A DNA stretch of 63,513 nucleotides, the filler included, from Thraustochytrium aureum (taxonomy: Eukaryota), in assembly GCA_012862495.1 (NCBI GenBank). It is 5 parts of 4 records of this genome, joined end to end, with 100 filler letters (N's around TTAATTAATTAA, not from the genome) between each part and the next. Parts side by side here need not be neighbours in the genome. Positions count along the whole stretch, not along the records: positions 1 to 21,704 come from BLSG01000312.1; 4 more parts are not named here. One strand, 5' to 3'. A program made the position numbers and the translations under genes. Positions 1 through 11,900 of this stretch are shown here, one piece after another. The notes below the pieces were generated by a model. That model saw only the letters and a program-made list of their open reading frames with translations. It had not been told where the DNA came from and ran no database searches. Each line of letters begins with the position of its first letter. The first letter of the stretch is position 1.

Positions 1-2073
1 GGCGCAGCCAGCCAAAGTCGGGGTGGCGGAACGAGCGCGCTGTTGGCGAGCGGGTGGTCCGCGGGAAGGCGACCGAGGAGCTGGCCGGGAAGCTCGCGCC
101 AGTCGCGGTTGACGGCGTTCAGGCTCTTCTCGACGGCGCGCGCGGCGAGCTTGGCGTGGTCGCCAAGGCCGTCTGCGCGGTCGACGTCTGCAACGAGCTG
201 CGGGGCTGCACCGGCCTCGGCGACCTTCACGAGCCAGTAAACGTCGAGCAGCTTGTCAGAGACAGCCCCGAGCTGCTCGCTCTTGACGAGGTGGAAAACG
301 AGGTGGCGCGCTGCGAACCGAGTTGCTACGCCAGCCGCAGCGCCTCGGCGAGACTCGTGTGGCCTTGCTTGACGTCGACCGCGAAAGGTTCTTTGTCATT
401 GTCGGTGCCGCCCGACTTTATTTCGCCAGCGCGGTCCTCGTCGAGCAGAAACTCGCTCATAGATTTGTTAATGAAGCCGACCGAGTGCTCGCGCACGTCA
501 AGGAAGACGCTGGCTTTTCGCAAAAAGCCCTTGAGCTTGCCCTTGCCTTCAATGCCGAGCAGCTTTCCGACAACTTCGAGCGGGAGCCGCTCGCGGGCGA
601 CGGCCATGCTGCCGAGCAGCGCTTGGTACTTGCCGTAATCGCCCGTGAGCGGGCCCTCCAGAAAGCGCNNNNNNNNNNNNNNNNNNNNNNNNNNNNNNNN
701 NNNNNNNNNNNNNNNNNNNNNNNNNNNNNNNNNNNNNNNNNNNNNNNNNNNNNNNNNNNNNNNNNNNNNNNNNNNNNNNNNNNNNNNNNNNNNNNNNNNN
801 NNNNNNNNNNNNNNNNNNNNNNNNNNNNNNNNNNNNNNNNNNNNNNNNNNNNNNNNNNNNNNNNNNNNNNNNNNNNNNNNNNNNNNNNNNNNNNNNNNNN
901 NNNNNNNNNNNNNNNNNNNNNNNNNNNNNNNNNNNNNNNNNNNNNNNNNNNNNNNNNNNNNNNNNNNNNNNNNNNNNNNNNCGACGCTCTGTGTCGGCGC
1001 GGCTACTGCCTTGCACGGCCCCGCGACGACCTCGCGGAACAGGTCGCTCATGTTGGTGATTTTGTCCAACTCTGCGCGGTCGAGCTTTTGGAGCGCCTCC
1101 TTTAGCCCCGGCAGGACGCCGGCGAGCTGGTTGGCGATCGAGTACAGGCAGGTGCGCACGCTGGAGGAGGTAGCGTCGTCAAACTTGAAAAAGTGCGCCG
1201 CGCCTACCAACAGCGAATTGTTCTTGCTAGCGCTCCAGCGCCGGGGATCAAAGCTGAAACGCTGTGAGGCGCGTTTGCCCTTTTGCCTGGATTCGCGCTT
1301 GGCGAGCAGACCGCCCTCGTGGCAGAGCTCGGCCAAAAGCACCGACTTGCCAAATCCGGCGGGGCCAAGAAACACCATGACGCGGTGCTTCTTCGTCTTG
1401 ACAAGGTCGTCTTTGTACCAGCGGTGGACGTCTTGGCGCGCCGCCTCGCGCGTGCCCTCTTCGTAGTCGCTGGCCTTGTTCAGGGCCGATATGAGCGGGT
1501 TGAACCCAGGCGGCAGCTTGAAGATCTCGCTCAACTTGCCCTGGTCTGCTGCCGTAAGCGCATCCAAGGGCCGTTGCTCCTTGGGGAGGGTCTTGGCCTC
1601 GATGATGGCAGCCAGGCCCGCCATGGTCTCCTCGAAGTTCTCGCTCACTTTCTGGAAGAGTTCACCGGCAAGGTGGAGACCAAGGATGCCCNNNNNNNNN
1701 NNNNNNNNNNNNNNNNNNNNNNNNNNNNNNNNNNNNNNNNNNNNNNNNNNNNNNNNNNNNNNNNNNNNNNNNNNNNNNNNNNNNNNNNNNNNNNNNNNNN
1801 NNNNNNNNNNNNNNNNNNNNNNNNNNNNNNNNNNNNNNNNNNNNNNNNNNNNNNNNNNNNNNNNNNNNNNNNNNNNNNNNNNNNNNNNNNNNNNNCATTG
1901 TCACCTCGAACGTTCTGGCGGTCGAACCAGACCTCCCAGCCCTTCTCGCGCTCCATCCACCCCGCGGCCTCCTCCACCACCGCCTTGGCTGAGCGACCGA
2001 GCACGACAGAATTCCAATCGTACGAGATCACGACCTTCGTCGGGCGCGCCGCCGCCGCCGCCGCCGCCGCCAT
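1..2073 (-). CDS. NLR-like TIR-NACHT protein; 3' end runs off the window, two N gaps and one frameshift near 335
   Basis: N-terminal KVVISYDWN...WEVWFDRQN is TIR_2-like. Walker A VMVFLGPAGFGKS, then AHFFKFDD...LYSIANQLA of NACHT-WD40-type NACHTs. After the stop at 326 another frame continues RHLVFHL...LLDVYWL...ELPGQLLGRL, the post-NACHT helical region that usually precedes WD40 repeats. Confidence 0.8.
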
Positions 2074-3015
2074 CTCTCGCGACGTCTCTCTCGCCCGACC
2101 CTCCTTTGCCACCGCCACGCTGTGCCGCAGCCACGCTGCCTCGCTCGTGGCGGCATGCATTTTGCAAGCAAGATCCGAGTCAGGGCAACTCCGGTTGCTC
2201 GATGTTAGAGTACGCTAAACTTGGGGGTGCTTGCCGTACGCTCGTGCGCTGCATTCTCTGCTGTTCCTCGTTTAAACCTCGCAACAACGCAACGACAACG
2301 TAACGTCAGAATCATCACCATTGCATTCGCCGAGACTCGCGGCTGACTTAACCTCTCACCGGTAGGGCCTCTTCCGCGACTCTATACATTCTGGCGGCTA
2401 ATCAACCGTTTCAAAATCCTTGTTTTTGGCGTTCAAAATTGGCCGCCAGATCCATTTTTTGTTGGTGGTCCGTGTGCACAGGATTCTCGTGGACGGGCAA
2501 CCCGGGTCTCAGATTTTGCGGCACACCCGTTACGAAGCGCAACCGCAATTGAGGTGGCGCCGCACAATAACGCAAAACGCGACGGGTGCGACAGGGGCAG
2601 CCCGGCCGGCTGGCCGGGCTTCTGGAAGGCCGGAGTGAGGCTTGCGCAGGAGTAGCTCGAGTGCGATGCCTGCGGCTCATTCTACTCTACCTAGCTTCTC
2701 CGCCCCTTGGCTGGCAGGGCTTCCAGCTTGTAGAGTGGGCGGGGCGCCGGACCTTGCGAGAAGAATCAAATCAAATCACCCCGCGCCGAAGCAGACCCCC
2801 AACCAAGCCGAGCAGCGCAAAGAGAGCTACTTTCTGGCAGAGCAAGCGGCGCAGAGCAAGCGGCAGAGAGCGGCGAACGTTGACTGGCGCAGGTCGAGTC
2901 GGAGCGAGCGCGAGAGCGCGAGAGCGGAGCAGAAAGGCGTGGAAATTTCCGAGCCCACAACGAACAACGCAGTGCGGCGGGCGGGCGACAGAGCGCAGCA
3001 CACAAGGCAGAGGCG

Positions 3016-5781
3016 ATGAGCGAGGCGGTGCTGGCAAAGCGTGCGGAGCGCGAGGCGCGCATCAGGATGCTGTACGAAGAGTACATCCAGCTGCACCCGG
3101 TCATGGAGACCTGGCACTCGCCGGTGACGGACAAGCCCCGCATCGAGCCCTGCTTTGCGGCGGGCATGCAGAGCATCGAACTCACGTTCGTGCTGCTCTC
3201 GCGCTTCCTTTCGGACGAGCGAGAGTACGTGGTCAAGCGACCGCGCATTGAGCGCGTTGCCGCCGATATCCAGGAGCAATGCCGCCTGCTGGCTGAGATC
3301 GTGGATGGCGAGCTCGAAGACGAAAACGTACCCGACGTCGTGCTCGGCTCCCTGACGCAGGCCTTTCCCTTCGACGGGTCGCCCCCAACGACGAGCGAGC
3401 GCGATTGCGACAGGGCGCGCCAGTCCGTGGCCCTCGACCTGGTCATCGACGCCGCACGCGCAGTGTTCCCGCGGCTGCGGGTCGAGGAGAAGCACTCGCT
3501 GCGAAAGGTAATCCGCAACGTGACCGGCACCTTCCAAACCCACTTTAGCGAGTGGACAGTCGGGATCGGGCTTGAGGAGCAACTCTCCGAGCTCCGTGTG
3601 CTCGTGGGCCTCGCGCCGTTCCAAGTCCCCTTCGGACGGAAATACCTCGACTTTGGCCGCCTTGTGCGCCCCAGGGTCATCGTCGACGCGCTCAACGCGG
3701 TCGAGTACCGGCACAAGGAGGACTTTTTCTTCCGCAGCGTTCACCTCGGAACCGAGTGCTGGTGCTTTGTCGCCCTTGAGAGGCTTCGCTCAGCGCTGGG
3801 CCAGATCGAGTCCTTCAACCACTGGGACAACGCCGCCGCGCACGTTCGCAGCGCGGCGAACATTTTGGAGTACCTCGGCAACCACGTCATGCTCTTGACC
3901 TCAATGGTCCTTCGCGACTACTTGAAGCTCAAGGTCGAGATCGAGGGCACCTCTGGCGCTGGGTCCGCTGCCGTCAAGCTCCTGCGAAGCTCGACCGAAG
4001 CGCTTTTCGCCCCGTTCGTTTCAGCTCTCGCCGGCTCGAGCGAGGCCGCCGCAGCGCTGCCGGAGGGCGGTCTTGAGGACCTTATCCTCGATCTGTACAA
4101 GCACCCCGAGCGGCAGCCTGGCATGTACAACTACGCCAAGAGTCTCGAGACGGTTGAATCCGGCCTGCTCGGGGGGTTCTTTTTCCGCCACTACTGTCTG
4201 GCCAGCAACGTGATCGGGTCTGGAGCCAAAGGGACCATGAAGATGGCAGTTCAGGCTCTCAAAAAGACCTACGAGCGCCCTGTGTTCCCGATCCTGGACT
4301 TTGTGCGCGCAGAGCTTGGCCGCCGCACCGACGAAGAGCTTGCGCACCTCAAGGGCCGCATCATGGACGAAATCGAAGAGCAAAAGCGATCTGGAACGCC
4401 GCCGCGTCGCGAGTTCGTGTCGAGCGACGCCCTGCAGCGGCAGCGGTCGTCTGAGGACGACTTTGAGGCGACGCGCCTCGCGCTTTACTCTGAGGAAGGC
4501 ATCCCCGACCTATTCCTTGCCGCCGCGCGAAACGAACGCGCTCACCGCGGCGATGCTCTGGCCTTTCTCGATCACGCATGGGGGCGCACGCCACCGGCGG
4601 CGCTTGCTGGCGCTTTGCGGCAGCAGTACGCGCTTTTAGACCTGGGCAACCGCGCTTGGGACGTTTTCTTCCAAGAACTGCTCCCGGAGGCGGCGGGCCA
4701 CGTTCGCCGCGTCCTCGATGCCGAGCGACAAGCGCCAGTGGAGTTTGGGCACAACAGCCACGAGCTTGCGTTTCGCCTGATCTCGATCAAGCTGGACGCC
4801 GTTCTGGGCGGGCCAAAGCAAAAGGTCCGTGTCTTGCTGACAGACGCCGAGTTCTACTCCATAACCCGTCAGGTGAACCGCCTCTCGGAAACCTCCAGCA
4901 TTGCTCTCGACATTGTGCCGGCCGAGCCGGTCGAGACCTTTGCTGACCGCCTCGTCAGCCAAGCGTCCAAGGGCTACGACATTGTCTACGTCTCACAGTG
5001 CACGTACTTGACGCAGCAAACGCTCGTTCCTGACGTGCCCAGCCTTGCGTCGCGCCTAAACGAGGCGATGGGAGTCCCGGACGCAAACTGCGCCGACGCG
5101 GGTGCGCCGTTCCTCGTGGTTGACGGATACCACGGCTTTGGCGCAATCCCGACCACGCTGCGAGGCGCACCTGGCAACTTGTTCTACGTTGCGGGGGTTC
5201 TCAAGCACGTGGCCGGAGGTCCAAACTGTGCCTTTGTTGTCACGCCTCCGGGGCGCGAGCTGCGCCCGTTTGTCACAGGGTGGCTCGCCGATCCGACCGT
5301 GCTTGCACCGAATGCCGCCGGCGTTTCGGTCGGGTCTAGCGTCGGCTACACGCCAGGGTTTGCGCTCATGGGGGGCACCCCTAGCTTTCTTCCCGCCGTC
5401 CTGGGCTTTGTGCAGGTTATGCGTCGATGGCTGGAGCGCGGTGTGACGGTCGAAAAGGTTCACGCGCATGTCCTCGGTCTCCATGAGAGGTTCGTGGGAG
5501 GCCTGCCTCCAGTGGGGCCCATCTCGCTTGAGACGCTGCGCAAACCGAAGGCTGGCCGCTGCCGCTCGCACACGCTGGTCTTCCAACAGGCCTCTCCTGA
5601 AGAAGCCACGCGCGTTGTCAAGGTGCTTTTCAATGACAAGCAAGTCGAGGTGGACACGCGTAAGGGAGTTGTCCGGGTCGGGTTTGGGCTCAACCACTCG
5701 CTCGGCGATGTGACTCGTCTGCTACATGCCGTGCAAGGCGCTGCATGGGATCCCCCCGGCAGCCGGGAGGGGCAGGTGTAA
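3016..5781 (+). CDS. Fusion of a tryptophan 2,3-dioxygenase-like heme domain and a class V PLP (kynureninase-like) domain
   Basis: Uninterrupted 921-aa ORF. TDO-colinear motifs HKEDFFFRSVHLGTECW, DY, TSGAGS, FFRH..., VIG..KGT, VFPILDFVR (about nt 3640-4320). PLP motifs FGHNSHEL, LTDAEFYSITRQ, VDGYHGFGA, GVLKH (Schiff-base Lys), TGWLA, VRVGFG. Confidence 0.85.
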   Translation: MSEAVLAKRAEREARIRMLYEEYIQLHPVMETWHSPVTDKPRIEPCFAAGMQSIELTFVLLSRFLSDEREYVVKRPRIERVAADIQEQCRLLAEIVDGELEDENVPDVVLGSLTQAFPFDGSPPTTSERDCDRARQSVALDLVIDAARAVFPRLRVEEKHSLRKVIRNVTGTFQTHFSEWTVGIGLEEQLSELRVLVGLAPFQVPFGRKYLDFGRLVRPRVIVDALNAVEYRHKEDFFFRSVHLGTECWCFVALERLRSALGQIESFNHWDNAAAHVRSAANILEYLGNHVMLLTSMVLRDYLKLKVEIEGTSGAGSAAVKLLRSSTEALFAPFVSALAGSSEAAAALPEGGLEDLILDLYKHPERQPGMYNYAKSLETVESGLLGGFFFRHYCLASNVIGSGAKGTMKMAVQALKKTYERPVFPILDFVRAELGRRTDEELAHLKGRIMDEIEEQKRSGTPPRREFVSSDALQRQRSSEDDFEATRLALYSEEGIPDLFLAAARNERAHRGDALAFLDHAWGRTPPAALAGALRQQYALLDLGNRAWDVFFQELLPEAAGHVRRVLDAERQAPVEFGHNSHELAFRLISIKLDAVLGGPKQKVRVLLTDAEFYSITRQVNRLSETSSIALDIVPAEPVETFADRLVSQASKGYDIVYVSQCTYLTQQTLVPDVPSLASRLNEAMGVPDANCADAGAPFLVVDGYHGFGAIPTTLRGAPGNLFYVAGVLKHVAGGPNCAFVVTPPGRELRPFVTGWLADPTVLAPNAAGVSVGSSVGYTPGFALMGGTPSFLPAVLGFVQVMRRWLERGVTVEKVHAHVLGLHERFVGGLPPVGPISLETLRKPKAGRCRSHTLVFQQASPEEATRVVKVLFNDKQVEVDTRKGVVRVGFGLNHSLGDVTRLLHAVQGAAWDPPGSREGQV

Positions 5782-5992
5782 ACGAAACTTGCACCTGCAG
5801 CGCATCGTTGCAAGTGTTTACAAGCACCGCACGGGCCGGGCAACGCTCGACGCCGCAAGAAGCACAACACCAATCCTAATCTTCATCGTTTCGATCGACA
5901 GGTTCTCTACATCGCATTTGCCTCTCTTCGAGTCGGCCCGTCCGTGGTCGCCGCGGCTCCAGGTCCAAAGCGCGCCGTGGAGGATTGCCCAA

Positions 5993-8900
5993 CTACCGGC
6001 ATAGCTCTGGGAAGGCGGCTTTGAACGCTGCTGTGTTGGCCTCCTTCTCCTCACCCGTCATCTCGCACCACAGTTTGGCTCCATACGAGAGCAAGAGCGA
6101 CTCAAGACGAGCTCGCGCGGGGTCGTCTTTGGGGCGCTCGTACACTATCGATAGCGCCGTTTTGCCCTCTGTCGAGGTCGAGCCGCGCGGCGAGGCCATG
6201 TTCACGTTGGCCCCATGTTCCAGCAAGACCTCCATGCAGTCCACGTAGCCGTTTTGCGTCGCAACGTGCAGCGAACACGTTCCAAACGGGACGTTGACCG
6301 GATTGTCCACTTCGGCGCCGCAATCGATGAGGAGCTTGACCGTGCTCGCATGACCCGCGACGCAAGCAGCAGCAAGAGCGCACACGCCAAGTTGGACGCG
6401 TTCATTGACGAGCTCCTTGGCAGAGACCACGTTGCCTTGCGAGGCGCTGGCGAGCAGCTGCCGCACATAAGCATTCCGCCCCTGAATCGCAGCAATGACC
6501 AAAGCGTCGACCGTCTTGGCCCCGGCTCTGATGAGCGCGGCAGCCACCTTGTTGAACCCGCAGGTCGACGCCATCAACAAAACCGAGTCCCTCTCGTTGC
6601 TCTTGGCGGTCGCAAGCATGCCCTTGCTCAAAAGAAACTCGACGGCCTCGACGCTGTTTTGCTCGACGGCAAACACGAGGCACGTACACCCCCTCCGCGA
6701 GGTGGCTGTCTTGTATGTTTCGTGGTGGCAGTCTAGCTCGACCAAAACCTGCAGCATCTCCATATCGTTGCGCGCTGCAGCCCACATCGTCGGAGTCATA
6801 TTGGTCGAGCCTTGCGCGAAGAGCTGCTGTGGGTCTGCTTCCAAAATCGCTATGACACCTTCCACATCTCCAGCTTTCACCTTCGCGATGATCTCTGGCT
6901 CGCGGTCCAGCCTTTCCCCCAGAATGTCCTTGTCGCCTTGGGTTTCAAGCAAGATGCGGTGGCACTCCAGGTTGTTTCGGCAAGTCGCCAAGTTGGCCGC
7001 GTCCCACGACAAGTGGTTGAGCTTCCGCGTGAGCGTCAAGGTCGCCTCCCTGTCGACCTGCGAGAGCAGCGCGCGCACATAGTTCGTGCGATTGTGCTCC
7101 GCCGCATGGTGCAAGCAAGTGTTGAAGTTCACGTCGGCGAGAAAGAGCATGTCGCTTGATGCCAGCTCACCATAGCACTTGTTTATCGTCTCGCGCAGCG
7201 AGAGAAACGCGACAAGGACTGCGGCGTTGCCAGCGGCCGCGACCGCCAGCCAAATGCCCTTGAGCGCCTTGAATGTCGCCATGCCAGCGTGGTTGTGCGC
7301 GAATAGGCCTCGAACGGCACTGTGCACGAGCGCCTCGCTGTGGCGCTCGTGCAGAAAGTCGCAGACGGCGAGGACACGTCGTGCCACCAAGGGTNNNNNN
7401 NNNNNNNNNNNNNNNNNNNNNNNNNNNNNNNNNNNNNNNNNNNNNNNNNNNNNNNNNNNNNNNNNNNNNNNNNNNNNNNNNNNNNNNNNNNNNNNNNNNN
7501 NNNNNNNNNNNNNNNNNNNNNNNNNNNNNNNNNNNNNNNNNNNNNNNNNNNNNNNNNNNNNNNNNNNNNNNNNNNNNNNNNNNNNNNNNNNNNNNNNNNN
7601 NNNNNNNNNNNNNNNNNNNNNNNNNNNNNNACTTGGCGTTCGAAGGCCACATCAGATACTGGCCCGCTGCGCGATCGTTCTGCGTTTCCATCACTTGACA
7701 GTTGCGCAACAGCCTGGAGTTGATCTGTGATGCGCTCCGCTGCGAGATGCTCCTGCAAAGTGAGGTGAGCAAACATGACAGTCGCTCAAGACCACCCCGC
7801 GCACAATCATCTCGCTTGACCTCGCGCTGCACGAAGAGAGGAACGTGGTCGCGACCGATACTTCTCTGCAACGCGTTGCAGACGTCGACGGCGCGGAGCG
7901 TCGACCGCGCTGGCGATTCAGCCGAGCCGCGAGCCCCGACCAGGCCTGGGCAAGCCTCTGCGGCGGCCGGTTCCTGCCACTCCAGCAGGACTGCTGCAAA
8001 GTCTTCGAGTGTGATGTCTCGAACGTTTTTGCAGTGCGTGTGAAGAGCGACGCGGCGCAAGAGCTCGAGCGCGACCTCGTCTTCCAGGAGGTCAAAGTCC
8101 CGCTCGATGATTTTGTCCTCCTTGCCTGCTCGCCGCCGGTACTTTGTGGCGTCGCCACGTCGAAGCATTTGCTCAATTGCGATGGCGAAGAGCCGCGACC
8201 GCGAGAGCGCTGCAGTCCCCGCGCCGGCCGCGGGCTCTGCGCCTGGAGCTACCAAGTCAGGAGACGCCCGTGCACTTTTCGGGGCAGCCCGCAGCGCAAC
8301 CAGGCCCTGGCAGCTTGAGGTTGCCCCCTCGCGGCCCTCTGGCATCCGGTCTCGGGCTGCGCGGTCGTCCTCGTCTCGAAGCGACGACAGAACATGAATG
8401 AGTAAGCTGAGCATCATCGGATTCTGCGCCAGCTCTGCGTATTCTGGTTGCTCCAGCTGCGCCTCCAAATAAGCAGCGCGATCTGCACCGCGCTCAAATG
8501 CGGACGTTGAACTCCGCCAACGCGAGGATCGCTGTTTGACTCGACGGCGAATGATTTTCCTAATCATCTCCTGGGTCAGCGGCTTGACCTTCGCGGTGGC
8601 AAATCCACTCGACTTGAGTGCTTCAATGTGCGCCGAGATGCTCGTTTCGCGAGAGGTCAGGATAACGCGCTGGGAGAGGTTGCGGCGAAGGAAGGACACG
8701 AGCCATCCCATGATTACGCCTCCCGCCGACCCGCTCTCATCAAACCCATCCAGGAGGAGGAGTATCCTGCCCGAGGCCAACGCTCTCTTTAGAAACTCTG
8801 TCTTTTGCGAGAGCGCACCAAACTTTTCCGTCAAGTAGACCCCGAGCAAGTCGTCGCCCGCCTCGAGTCGGAGCCGAGTAATGTGCCGGCCCATGTCGAT

Positions 8901-11900
8901 AAGCAGCACACGAAGAGGAACGAGGCAGTCGTGTGCTTTGAGGTTCTGCTCAAGAGCGCCGTACACGAGCGCCTTCCTCAAGAGCACGCTCTTGCCCGAG
9001 GCTGGGGCGCCAAGGATAACAATGCGCCGTTGTTCCACGAGGTTTGCCTCGGGCGGCAGCAGACTGTTTAGGCTGTTCAAATACGCGCTCGCCGTGCGGT
9101 CCTCCGCCCTTGCCAGCCGCTGGACCTCGGCGTCCAGTGCGGCGTGCTCGAGCATGTTGAGCTTGTCGCCGGCGTCGTCTGAGGTGCCCCGCTCGATTGC
9201 GTTGGCAACCAGCCGCTCAACCAAGACGTGGCAAAGGTCATCTTTGAAAGCAAATCCTGCCTGTGGCGCGCCGCTGCGGAGTCCGAGAAAAGCTGACATA
9301 AACTCGCCAACGTCTGTCGGAAGCAGCCCGAGTTCCGTGGCAGCCTCACGAAACCGGATCACAGCCTGGGCCTGCGAGCCTCTGATCCCGTCGGGGACCT
9401 GCGCTCCATGCCGAAGAAGTCTCTCGACGTCGGCATTGGAGAGCGTTCGAAGCTCCACCAATGCATCTTCGAGGCTCTGCTGTGCCAACGCGAGCCGCTC
9501 TTTGAGGTCTCCGAACCCCGGTGCCATAGTGGCCGACTTGCAATTTCTCTGGCCTCTGTTTCCGGTGTCCTGCTCTGCAATATCCAGGTTGACGCACTGG
9601 TGCAGCACGGACAGCTTGCGACGCGAGACGGGGTCCACAAAGTGACCGTCTTTGGCGCCAACCGCGGTAAAGTACTTGACGCGCTCCCTCGAGTACGCCA
9701 GTGCGCCCAATTCGATTGCGTCTTGCAATTCGCTGCCTGGCACAGACACCTGATGCACGGACAGGCATTTGATGCCAATCCTGCGAGCGACATCAGGGCT
9801 GATCATCTCTACGACCCGCGCAGCATGCCCCAAAGCAGACGCAAGGGCGAGCCGACGTTGGGCGGCGCATAGCTCGCGAAAGGACAGCGTTTTTACAGCA
9901 TGGTACAGGCGCCCAGAGTGCAGGCCCAGCGAATTGGGCTCGTCCTGAAGGTACGCCGGGGCGTGCTGGCGTATCATGCATATCGCGCTCCACGCCTGCT
10001 CGATGAATTGCGCGCCTGGTTTGCTAAAGTCGACTCCTAGCGAAGCGAGCGGCGGCGGCGGCCCGAGTTCGCCTGCCACGAGGGCTTGGAGGAGCTTGAT
10101 AAAGTCCGCTTCGCAGGCACCTTCGACACCAGAGGCACCAAGTCGCGTGTACTCGAACAGGATGGTATTCTCGAGCTTGGCAACGTCGTGCGCAACAGGG
10201 CCGGGACCAGAGAACGCAAAGTCGATTAGCCACACGATGCCCTCGCTGTCGATGAGAATGTTGCAGCCATTCAGATCGCCATGGACGTGCCCCATGAGAC
10301 GCAACCGGTCCCTGCGCTTGCCCTCGGCCTGCACTTCACCGTATTCTAGTTGGGCGTGCTCGTCGAGAACAGCCTTGACCTCCTTGAAGAATGTTCGCAC
10401 GTCCATCTTTCTTGCACCAGTCCACTCCTCCACCAGCTGGACGGACAGCGGGCCTTCCAGCAGCAGAGCGAGCGCATCATCAGGTTTCGGCGAGAATACG
10501 TGCTTGTCAAGCTGACGGGACACCTCGAAACCGCCAGGCGCGAATATGCTCTTTTCCTCGACGAACCTCGCCTCCGTGGCGCCGCGCAAAAGAATTGAGC
10601 CAAACACCTCGTTGAGCACGGCATTGGTCTCCCCGGCAGGGGCAACATCGCTCTGGCCTGGGTTGCTCGAAAGACTTCGCGAGCTGGCACTAGGCCCGCT
10701 AAAAAAGTGGGGCGAGCTGCTTCGCTCGCCCGCTGGGCCAATCCAGGAGGCAGGACCGCCGAGCGACTCACCTCAGCTTCGTAGAGGTCTTTGAAAGTGC
10801 TGATCGAGTCATTGACATGGTTCTTGAGCGTCGGGAGGCACCACGTTGCTCCGCACAACTCGATGCGCAGCGCAGCCATTCCTTCGTGCTCTGCGATGGC
10901 TAGGACCTTGGGAGAGTTCTCGCCGAGCAGCGGGGCCATGGCTCGCATCCGTTCGTACTCGTCTCTCAAAAAGGCCACCTCGTCAACCTTGACAACGCAA
11001 GGGACCTCCACGGTGCCGTCGTACAAAGTCGACCCACATCGAAAAACCCTGGCCGAGCTAAACCCGCCGCTGAGAGTCTCGACCTTGATTTTGCAGGCAG
11101 AGGGAAACACGGCTTGCAGGAGCACCCTAAGCGGCTCGGACAAGGCGTTGCCGGCCACCCCAACAAACATGCAGGCGCGCAGCCGCGCACGGACGACCTC
11201 GATCATTTCCCGTCCAATTTCGCCGGTCGCAGGAAAGCCTGCGAGAACCTTGGCGCTCGCTTCGGGCGAGAAGCCCCACCGGAAGACAAGCGAGTCTCGA
11301 AGGTCTTCGAGGTCGAGCGCTCCCTTCGCCGAGGCCTCGAGGTCAAATATGTCGGCGGGCTGATTGCGCGGTGCAGCTCCAAGAGCCGCGTTTGGTTGCT
11401 CGACACTGTCGCGCCGCGTCTCGACACGCGCCCCCTCCAGCTCTGTCTTGGCGCAGTTGTCCCGCCAGACCCAGCAACGCTTGCGGAATTCCCCGTTGCT
11501 GGTTTCAACTCGAAACGAATTGATTGGCATGTGCAGCTTGCGCACAACTGCATCGGGCAGCACGACTTTAATTTCGTTTGTCTGCGAGTCTGGAGGGAGG
11601 AACCTGATCTCATCCACAGGCAAGGGCTTTCCCGTACCGACGCCAATCTCTGTCGCGTCCTTTGACTCCTCTTCCTCCTCCGGGCCAATTGGAGACGAGT
11701 GCTGGCCAACCACATTTGCCTCCCTTTGTGGTGCCTGGCGACGTGCAGACGCCGCGTTGTTGGCTTGAATTGCACTTTCGGCTCGTCGGTCTCCCTGGTG
11801 GTTGGAGATATCCCCTGCCATGTCACTCGACACATGTGCGCGCTCGGCGAGGAACTCGCTTACTGGTGGAAGGTTGATGCACAGCTCCCGGACTGCAGCC

